From Eledone cirrhosa (lineage: Eukaryota), in the NCBI GenBank assembly GCA_964016885.1, contig OZ024742.1:174034001-174098000 (forward strand): a DNA stretch of 64,000 nucleotides, written 5' to 3'. This document shows positions 55,673 through 64,000 of this stretch, piece by piece; position 1 is the first letter of the stretch; each line of letters opens with the position of its first letter. Made by a program: the position numbers and the translations under genes. The notes beneath the pieces are model-generated. The model saw nothing but the letters and a program-made list of their open reading frames with translations, made no database searches and was not told where the DNA came from.

Positions 55673-56519
55673 AATTATTTAATCTAACTTTTGCTCATTT
55701 CTATTGATTCTCCAGCATAATTAAATGATTGAGAATTATATTATTCTTGACTATTCTGTAGATAAATATTTCCAACGTTCCTAGATTTTTTTATTTCATG
55801 ATAAGTTGGTTTATAACATTCAAGGTTTCTAGTTATATTGTTTGATTTTTTTTTACTTAGTCAAAAGAATTTGATGAAGCTCTAAATTTCTCATAAAATC
55901 TTAAATTTTGCTCATCATTTCAAAACACATGTTTAAGTGTATATATATACACACTGTGACAATCGAGCGATTGTTATTGTGTGTCATGCCCACCACCCAC
56001 TGACCGACAGACAACAAGCAGGCAGACTACCAACACCATGCCTGTCAGTGACCCCTACTATCACAGACCAAACGTAAGGAATTAACAGCGAAGATGCGTA
56101 CACATTGAGACATCACCACCCCACTACTCTAGTATAGAAAAAACTGCCTCGAACTTTTTCTAACCGCAGCTATTCCACGTAAACACACGCCTGATAGAGT
56201 AGTTCAGTTGTACGCACACGGTAAACAACAAAGGCCACATGTTTTCCATCTCTGACAAAACGTTTTCCCCTCGGTAAAACCCCCAGTTGACGGATGCGAA
56301 ATCCAAAATATAGGGACAATTAAATCACTTCCAATGTAACTCTATATTGTGTTATTATTTTCTACACTGTTTCCTACGTTCCTTTACACCCTCTACATCT
56401 CTTTCTATGCTTCCTCTTACATCTTTCTCTCATTACCACCTGATTATGTTACCCGGAGACTTACCCATCTGCATTGTTGAGGCTTCCAAAGTGACTATCT
56501 TTTATATATATATATTCAT

Positions 56520-57600
56520 ACATTTAGCTTCATTGCTTTCTTTAGAGCATAGGCCATTGATGACAATCTGCCATCGTACATGATCATGCACTGCCATTAC
56601 CATTCCCTCACTATTCTTTCAGTTTTCTTAGTTCGGCCTCAGTTTCATGCCTCCAGCTGCCATGGGGCTGCCCACTCTTCCTGATACACTTTGGGTTCCA
56701 GCTCAAGGCTTGGTGTGCAGACTTGGATACTGATTTCCTGTGTATATGTCCAGCTCCACTTCCTCCACAGAATCTGCTTTTCTACTGGTTCCTGTTCTGA
56801 TCACTCCCACAGTTCTCTGTCTCTGATCTTCTCCAGCCACTTCATGTTGTGAATTCGCCTCAGACAGGTGTTGAAGCATGTCTATGTTTTTCTGTTGCAT
56901 CTTCTTTGCTGTCCTCCAAATTATACATTCGTACAGCAGTACCACCTTCAGATTGGAGTTGAAGATACAAAGTTTAGTTCTTGGGCAGATCAACTTTGAT
57001 GCCCAGATTTTCTTTAACATGATGAAAGTTGATCCTGTCTAGTCAATCCTGACTGTGATGTCTCAGTCATTTCCCCCACATCGATCAACCATACTGCCCA
57101 GGTAGAAAAGTGACTCCACCTCTTTGACTGGTGTGTTGGCAGTGGTGCTGATGTTCATCAGCTTGATTTTTGTTAATGTTTATCTTAAGCCAACTGATAT
57201 GATCTCTAAGCACGAGGTTTTGTCCTGTATAAGGTGGTAACTGTGTAACAAGAGTGCCAGATCATCAGCAAAATCGAGGTCATCCAGTTGTATCCTGGGT
57301 GTCCCCTGTGTACCATTGTTTCTGTCTGTTGTAGTGGCTTTCATTATCCAGTGAATGACCAGGAGGAAGAGGAACGGTGACAGTAAGCACTGCTAATGAA
57401 CTCCAGTCTTCACTTGTGACTTTGACAGTTCGTTGTTGTGGGTATTATTACAGCTCATGCCTTGGTAAGTGCACCAAAGATAATCTTCGCAGGCACTCTG
57501 TAGTGCAACAGCAGCTTCCACATTGTCCCTCTGTCTACACTGTTGAACGCTTTCTCAAAGTATATATGTGAATGCAAGTGTGTGTGTTTACTGGTATTCT
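56520..57600 (-). mobile_element. RTE-clade LINE 3' half, degenerate
   Basis: FEKAFNSVDR..MWKLL.HY.VP.KII, LDDLDFADDLALL, TKLCIFNSNLKVVLLY, WNP. Confidence 0.85.
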
Positions 57601-57979
57601 GCTCAATATGAAGCTTGACTACTTCAGTGTACATCATGCTCAGTTCTGGCATGAAATCTTATGTGGCGCTATAGACCAGATACTTTTAAAAACATAAATT
57701 GCACATGATTTTTAGTGCAGTCTGAACTACCTGTGCTGTCTGATCTTGATGAACTTTGAAATGTCTCATTTGATTTCCTTGAGCTTTGCAGAACTTGTGG
57801 CATATGTGGCGTTGATAAGGGTGAACTAGTTTGTATGTACTATAGTCAGTAAGGAGTGCCCTATTGTGTTCTATTATGTGAGATTGAAGACTGTCACTGC
57901 TACTTGATTGTTGTTGTTGCTTCCATTATGGCTACTGCTACTGCCACCATTAATGGTGGTGGTGATGATGATTAAGCGT

Positions 57980-58590
57980 CGACTGTAAATGCCATTAATA
58001 CCATCCTTAATGACGATTGTGGTTGTTGCTTTTGTCGCTGATACCAATACATTATTCTATCATTGAAAACAGACCGTTTGTCTTCATTATATTTTCTGCC
58101 AATTTTACATTCATCCATTAATTAATTTTTGCTTCTCTTAATTTTTCCTTTATCTTTATTTTTATTACCTTTACCACTATCCACATTAGTGTGCTAGATA
58201 CTGAGTATCGCTCCCTACTACCTTAGCTGTTACTACAGTCATTGTCATCGTCATTGTTGTTGTTGACACTAATGCGGATGCACCCATAAAGACTACCATG
58301 ACACCCACGAAAAGAACCCCAACTGAGCTCCCCATGGACAAATAACTGGCCTAAAAGCACCTCTATTTGTCACACAATAAGCATCCATTGTAAATATCAT
58401 TAATACCACCCTTAATGACAATTGTGTTTGTTGTTGTTGTCGCTGATGCCAATTCACTTTTCTGTTGCTAAAACAAACATCTTTGAGTTTGTTATTATTG
58501 TCATCCCCCCTATCCATTTTACATTTATTCATTAATTAATGTTTTCTTTTTAATTTAATTTTCGTTACCACTATCGTTGTCATCGTTGTG
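57980..58590. repeat. Diverged tandem duplication (~405-bp offset)
   Basis: CCTTAATGAC.ATTGTG...GTCGCTGAT.CCAAT...TTTTACATT...CATTAATTAAT...TTACCACTATC at ~58005 and ~58410. Confidence 0.7.
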
Positions 58591-58592
58591 TG

Positions 58593-58594
<2 letters not shown>

Positions 58595-58633
<39 letters not shown>
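58595..58633. repeat. (ATT)n microsatellite abutting the LINE 5' end
   Basis: Direct inspection. Confidence 0.97.
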
Positions 58634-58841
58634 GGCGACCTACGTAGGAAATCGTATTATCGTGAGCTCCGCAAAGGTTTGTTATTTCCGTTTGTTTAAA
58701 AATTGCCATTTATGGAAAATTTTATTGTAAACTGTTTATAAGCACACATACATTGTTTTCCGAAAAGGACACCCAAAAAGATTGGGGCCTTGTGCCCAAA
58801 ATTTTAACTTTTATTATTATCCAAAAATTTCTTTGAAAAAA

Positions 58842-60827
58842 ATGGCTAATTCCCCTCTGCACGAAGCAGCTGAAAGCCTTCCTCACAAAATAACACCTCA
58901 CACCGACACCACCATTGTAAATGTTACTACGTTTGCCAACACAAAAAAAAATATAAGCAGTAGCAATATTTTAAATTTGTCTCAGGCAGACATTCATTTC
59001 CCGCCATTACCAATGACTGCAGGTGTTAAACCCTCCACCACCACCACCACCGCGACAACCACCACCACCACCACCACCACCGCGACAACAGAAACAAAAG
59101 AAGAAAAAAATAAATTAACTCGTGACGTCGAAATGAAATCAAGCAAAATGGACTCTTCCCCACCAAAGACGACTGACGTCACCACCACAACTGAAAATAA
59201 AATTAATATCAACGATAGCAACAACAACAACAATGACATTATAAAACCGACCCTCAGTTTCGCCATCGTAGCAAAACAATTCGAAGCGTTCACGGTAACT
59301 CAAGAAGATTTAGAAAATGCCAAACAAATGGTAAAGAAAGATGGGTACAGGGTCAGCCTCACCCCCCCACCTAATAAAATGGAGCATCGGCGCCTGTGCA
59401 CCGTGTCGTATAGAACAATAAATGTAAAATCGCGCCGAGTGGAACGGGCATCCGAGTCCCAAATCCAAAAAGCTTTGGGACATGTGTGGGCAAGAAAAAC
59501 CCACATCAGACGTGGGCAAAAGTATGGAACCGTGGATGTGTTCTTTGAAACACCAGAGGAGGCTAGAGAACACTCCATGGCCCCATTAAAAAGTGACGAC
59601 CTCACACTCGTCCCAAGCTATTGTGGCCAGAGACTCGTAAAGATCAGGGTGACCCACGTTCCACCGGCCATCGAAATTCCCTGGCTAATAGCGGCTGTCC
59701 ACACCGGCATCGAAGCCAACACGAAAATAATAGCAGTAGCAAAAGAAAAGCAGGAAAACTGGTCCGGATCTGGGATGGAGCTCCTGATCCAAGCGGACCA
59801 AAAAAGCATTGAGGAGATCCCAGAGGTAATAGACCTCACTGACGGCAGCCACCTCACGGTAATTGTCGAGGGCAGAAGACCTAGGTGTGTCGTTTGTGGT
59901 GAAGGAACCCACCTAAGGGCTTTCTGCCCTCAGGCTAAAAGGTTGAGGCCACCTCTCCTACCCACCCCAGTGACAAAACCATCAACACCACCAGTAGCAG
60001 AGATGGCAGCAACAACTGTAGCAGCAACAACAGAAGCAACTATAACAGCAACAACCCCAGCAACAGTAGCAAAACCAACACCACTACCACCACCAGCAAA
60101 ACCAACACCACCACCACCCAACGCTTCAGAACTAGCACCAGCGCCTACACCATCCACCACACCACAACCAAAACTAACGGCTGTGGAGGATTTTCCACTC
60201 CCCGGCCTATCACAACTGGAGACAGATTGTGACGACGAGGAGTGGGAAACGATATCCGGAAAAAAAAAAAGAAACCAAAAAAGAAAAAATTCTCTTCCTT
60301 CCCCCTCCAAAAACAAAATACAGAGGGAAACAAATAAACTAAGAAACAAAAAAGTTAGGACAGATATGCCACCATCCACACCAGCATCACCAACCCCATC
60401 AACCCAAACACCAACACCATCACCATCATTATCCCCAGCACCACCATCACCTACACCACAAAAGTCACCAAAATTCGAAACAGAAACAAACCCACAACAA
60501 ACGCAATCAAAACAAAACAACCAAAACGATACACACTACACAGCATTAAATTTGAACAACAAGCAATTATTACACTACATCCAACACAACACCAGCATCA
60601 CAGAAAAAGACTACACAACAACCCCAAAATTCACACCACCTCCACACATACAAATCACTCGCATCACACAGAAAACGTACATGACACTAAAACAAAAATT
60701 CCCCAAAGACATCGGAGACTTCCGACAAGCACTCTCCAGGAGGATTTATAAGGACATCCTTCCTGAGGAGGCCACAAGCAGTGAAAAGGATGGAAAAGCC
60801 GTCCTTCCCCTACGAGAAGTAAGGTAA
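58842..60827 (+). CDS. LINE ORF1p (RRM-like region, CCHC zinc knuckle, Pro/Thr-rich low-complexity regions)
   Basis: First ATG at 58842 (MANSPL...); CVVCGEGTHLRAFC fits CX2CX4HX4C; basic KKKRNQKRK. Confidence 0.9.
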   Translation: MANSPLHEAAESLPHKITPHTDTTIVNVTTFANTKKNISSSNILNLSQADIHFPPLPMTAGVKPSTTTTTATTTTTTTTTATTETKEEKNKLTRDVEMKSSKMDSSPPKTTDVTTTTENKININDSNNNNNDIIKPTLSFAIVAKQFEAFTVTQEDLENAKQMVKKDGYRVSLTPPPNKMEHRRLCTVSYRTINVKSRRVERASESQIQKALGHVWARKTHIRRGQKYGTVDVFFETPEEAREHSMAPLKSDDLTLVPSYCGQRLVKIRVTHVPPAIEIPWLIAAVHTGIEANTKIIAVAKEKQENWSGSGMELLIQADQKSIEEIPEVIDLTDGSHLTVIVEGRRPRCVVCGEGTHLRAFCPQAKRLRPPLLPTPVTKPSTPPVAEMAATTVAATTEATITATTPATVAKPTPLPPPAKPTPPPPNASELAPAPTPSTTPQPKLTAVEDFPLPGLSQLETDCDDEEWETISGKKKRNQKRKNSLPSPSKNKIQRETNKLRNKKVRTDMPPSTPASPTPSTQTPTPSPSLSPAPPSPTPQKSPKFETETNPQQTQSKQNNQNDTHYTALNLNNKQLLHYIQHNTSITEKDYTTTPKFTPPPHIQITRITQKTYMTLKQKFPKDIGDFRQALSRRIYKDILPEEATSSEKDGKAVLPLREVR

Positions 60828-60861
60828 GTGGTCTTTCCCATCTTTTCCACTCCTTTTCAAC

Positions 60862-63800
60862 ATGACCTCACTCAGAATAGGCAGCATAAATGCGCGTGGC
60901 TTGGGGTCGTCATGGAAGCAGGGCCACCTGCTCAACGACCTCAGGTCACTAAACATAGATGTAGTGGCCATCAGCGAGACCAGAATCTCCGAAGCACAGG
61001 CTTTCGCACCGATCTTCGGCGGCTACGATGTGTACGCATCTCCCAGCCGTCCGGGATCGGGGGGAGGAGTTGCTGTGCTTTTTCGGAGAGGTTTGGATCT
61101 TGCCATACGGGCCATCTTCCTGGACCCAGAAGGTAAGTTGGTGGTGCTGGACGTGACCAGCGGAGACGGGCAAGCTTTCAGGTTAGTGGCCGTCTATGCC
61201 CCGACAGGAGCAGGGCGGCCTGATTTCTTCCGGCGTCTGGAGACCTTTCTTGGAACGTCCCGCTCTTTAGTGTTAGTGGGCGACTGGAACGGGATCTTAG
61301 ATGCACGCTGGGATTGTGTGGGATTAGTGGATAGGGAAGGAGGGTGCAAGAGTCTCACCAACCTGCTCAGACGTTTTGAACTGTCTGACAGGTATCGAAT
61401 GGATTTCCCGAATGTACCAATGTGGACTTGGACAAATCGCATAGGGTCATCCAGATCATATCTAGATAGAGTATTTTGTAGGGAAATAGATAGGTCTAGC
61501 ATAGGCTGTCCACAATTCAAGATAGTCAGCTACACGGACCACAAATTCGTGATCTGTGTGCTTGACTTAGATAGGCTTCATAGACGAGGACCCGGCTACT
61601 GGAAGTTAAACGCGTCTTTACCAGCGCGCAAGGCCTACAAAGACCGGATTAGCGAACTAGTTAAGCGGGCGTTGACGGGGGCCATCGTCAACAACAAGTG
61701 GTGGTTTGCTCTGAAAAGAGCAATTAGAATAGAGTCCATTAGGTTTAGTAAGACTTTAGCAATAGAGAAAAATAGAGCAGAGGGAGAATTAGTTAGAAAA
61801 TTAGATGAGGCGCTTAGCAAAGGCATCGCGACCGACGTGCTTGCGGCGAAATTGGCCCTTGACCAATTCTTCAATGCAAAGCACGAAGGCTGCGTTGTCA
61901 GAGCTAGGGTGCGTGCTCTCAGACACGAGGGGACGAAAGCCGTTCAATGGGCGCGAGTGGCGGAGGCGCGTCGTGGCAACAAAGCCACGATCCGGTCTTT
62001 GGTGGACCACGACGGGCGCATGCTACTCGATCCCGGGCAAATGTGTGAAGCTTTTCAGCGACGCCTCGCTCAACTGTTCGGGGGCAGTGGCGGGCCGGAT
62101 CGAGGGATGGACTTTAGTGTCTACCTCGACGGACTGCCGCGGCTTTCGGCCACTGAGGCGGAGTGTTGCGAAAAGCCGATAACAACCGCTGAAGTACGGG
62201 ATGCAATGACTAGTTGCACAAGGGGTAAATCGCCTGGTTTGGATGGTCTGCCCTATGAACTTTACGTACAAATGCCAAACTTGTTCGGAGGCCTATTGGC
62301 GGACGTCTACTGCAACTGGCAACAGAACGGGAGAATTCCCAGCTCTGTGAGCCGAGGAGCGGTGGCGCTGCTGAGAAAGGAACCGAACAAGGGGGATAAC
62401 ATAGATAATTTTAGGCCCATAACTCTGCTAAACACAGAGTTCAAGATTTTGGCCAAGGTGCTAGCAAAGAGGTTGGCGCTTGTCGTTGGTGGTCTGGTGG
62501 GAGAGGCACAGACATGCGCCATTCCCGACAGATCCATCCACGACAACCTCCACCTCATGCGATACATCGTAGAGAGGGTAGCTAGGGAACCTGGCACGGG
62601 TGGGTCTTTGATCAATTTAGATCAGTCGAAAGCCTTCGATAGGGTCGACCATCGTTACCTAACGGCAGTCCTGAGGGCGGCTGGCTTTGGGCCCGTCTTC
62701 AGAGGCTGGATCGCTGCCATGCACAGCGACATCTGCTCTGTAGTGAGAGTGAACGGTCACCTTTCGGAACCGTTCGACATCATGCGCTCGGTCCGCCAAG
62801 GATGTCCCCTCTCGTCCCTATTGTACGTATTGACTCTCGAGCCATTACTGCACAAACTGGAGACGTTGAGGGGGGTCCCGCGCGAACTAGGATGCGGAAG
62901 ATCCGTGTCAGCATATGCCGACGATGTCACCGTAGTGGTGTCGAACGCCAAACACATCGAGGCGATCGGCACTACACTAAGAGAATACGAAGCGGTGACA
63001 GGAGCAATGATCAACCAGGAAAAGTCAGTGGGCCTGCAGCTCGGCACCTGGAGAGGCAGGTCCATGCCGTCCAACAGCGTAGTCGGGCGCTGGACGGACG
63101 GACCGGTTAAATTGCTAGGGGTCTGGTTCGGTCCAGACCTCCAGACGGACAAAAACTGGGACGAGGTGACGAGCAGGGTGGCTTCTCTCACCCAGAAATG
63201 GGCCGAGAGGAAGCTATCCCTGAAAGGTCGAGCGGAGGTGGCGAATGCGTACATCGCATCCGTCATCTACTACCGCCTGACCGTCGTACCTTGTCCTAAG
63301 CCCCGCCTGACTGCGCTGGAGCGTTTGCTCTTTCGCTTCTTGTGGAAGGGACGCGCTCCGATGGTCAGGCGGTCCATCTGTTGTCAACACCCGCTACGTG
63401 GAGGGCTGGGCATGCCGTGGCTGATGATGCGCAGACACGCGCTCAGGCTACGACATCTCCACCTCTTCCTCGACGGTGATCAGGTGTGGTCGCCGTTTGC
63501 AAGACACGTTTTTCCCCAGCTCGTCTCCTTGACGGAGCTGCAGTCCTGGGTCAAGCGAAGACCGAGAGGGAGCGCTTGGAGACTGGAATGTCTTCAGGCG
63601 CTCACAGCCCTCGACCAATCGGGCAATGTGATCGGTGGAAACTCCACCTTGGCGTTCTATAGGGGATTAGTGGAGGGGAAGAGCGACGACGTACTTGGAG
63701 AAACTCTTGGCGTCGACGAAAATCAACTAGCCAATCTCTTCGGAAGGACTTTCGGGCCGGGGCCTATGGACAACTTCCAGAAATCCCTGGCCTGGCAGTG

Positions 63801-64000
63801 CTACCGAGGAGCTTTGCCAGTTCGGGATAAACTCTACAGGCATGGAGGTGCCGTCAGCCGGGCATGTCCGAGATGCGCGCAGGGCGACGAAACCGTCCTG
63901 CACGCACTCGTCCAGTGTCCGAGCATTGCTGACTTGTGGGTTTATGTCGAACACCTGCTGTCACGTGTAGGACCTATCCAGCTATCAGCTGAGTCCATCG
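60862..64000 (+). CDS. LINE ORF2p: AP endonuclease + reverse transcriptase + C-terminal Zn finger (open to window edge)
   Basis: SINARGL, AISET, VYAP, LVGDWN, YLDRVF, TDH, GYWKLN, KSPGLDGLPYE, FRPITLLN, DQSKAFDRV, VRQGCPLS, AYADD (62911), CPRCAQGDETVLHALVQC; the ORF track lists no stop-terminated ORF in this frame. Confidence 0.95.
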   Translation, partial: MTSLRIGSINARGLGSSWKQGHLLNDLRSLNIDVVAISETRISEAQAFAPIFGGYDVYASPSRPGSGGGVAVLFRRGLDLAIRAIFLDPEGKLVVLDVTSGDGQAFRLVAVYAPTGAGRPDFFRRLETFLGTSRSLVLVGDWNGILDARWDCVGLVDREGGCKSLTNLLRRFELSDRYRMDFPNVPMWTWTNRIGSSRSYLDRVFCREIDRSSIGCPQFKIVSYTDHKFVICVLDLDRLHRRGPGYWKLNASLPARKAYKDRISELVKRALTGAIVNNKWWFALKRAIRIESIRFSKTLAIEKNRAEGELVRKLDEALSKGIATDVLAAKLALDQFFNAKHEGCVVRARVRALRHEGTKAVQWARVAEARRGNKATIRSLVDHDGRMLLDPGQMCEAFQRRLAQLFGGSGGPDRGMDFSVYLDGLPRLSATEAECCEKPITTAEVRDAMTSCTRGKSPGLDGLPYELYVQMPNLFGGLLADVYCNWQQNGRIPSSVSRGAVALLRKEPNKGDNIDNFRPITLLNTEFKILAKVLAKRLALVVGGLVGEAQTCAIPDRSIHDNLHLMRYIVERVAREPGTGGSLINLDQSKAFDRVDHRYLTAVLRAAGFGPVFRGWIAAMHSDICSVVRVNGHLSEPFDIMRSVRQGCPLSSLLYVLTLEPLLHKLETLRGVPRELGCGRSVSAYADDVTVVVSNAKHIEAIGTTLREYEAVTGAMINQEKSVGLQLGTWRGRSMPSNSVVGRWTDGPVKLLGVWFGPDLQTDKNWDEVTSRVASLTQKWAERKLSLKGRAEVANAYIASVIYYRLTVVPCPKPRLTALERLLFRFLWKGRAPMVRRSICCQHPLRGGLGMPWLMMRRHALRLRHLHLFLDGDQVWSPFARHVFPQLVSLTELQSWVKRRPRGSAWRLECLQALTALDQSGNVIGGNSTLAFYRGLVEGKSDDVLGETLGVDENQLANLFGRTFGPGPMDNFQKSLAWQCYRGALPVRDKLYRHGGAVSRACPRCAQGDETVLHALVQCPSIADLWVYVEHLLSRVGPIQLSAESI

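Larger units (their letters stand above)
58634..64000 (+). mobile_element. Apparently intact L1/Tx1-clade non-LTR retrotransposon (3' end outside window)
   Basis: ~200-bp 5'UTR, uninterrupted ORF1 and ORF2, GC/CpG-rich ORF2 suggesting recent insertion. Confidence 0.95.

Noticed and set aside
55955-56500. Possible solo LTR starting TGTGAC
   Set aside because: No second copy, matching CA end or TSD identifiable
58994-63954. Antisense and alternate-frame ORFs overlapping the LINE
   Set aside because: Shadows of a GC-rich, low-complexity coding strand with no recognisable motifs

Overview
AT-rich eukaryotic DNA made almost entirely of repeats. The SINE family and microsatellite load suggest a cephalopod such as Octopus, but that assignment is inference. 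No host protein-coding gene could be supported. The window holds an apparently intact L1/Tx1-clade LINE at the right end (ORF1 with a CCHC knuckle; ORF2 APE-RT open to the window edge) and a second copy of the same family in opposite orientation at the left edge, both directly abutting (TTA)n. It also holds decayed R4/Dong, RTE, CR1, Gypsy, mariner, Penelope (GIY-YIG) and Helitron RepHel fragments, plus tRNA-derived SINEs with clear TSDs, MITEs and minisatellites. A ~9 kb array of a ~504 bp satellite folds back on itself at 39.6 kb. Highlights: a possibly (TTA)n-targeting Tx1 LINE with a putative 52-nt intron that would fuse ORF1 to ORF2 in frame; hammerhead ribozyme folds in Penelope tails; a giant satellite palindrome with different higher-order repeats in each arm; and an inversion through the Helitron with a 98-bp inverted duplication at its breakpoints.
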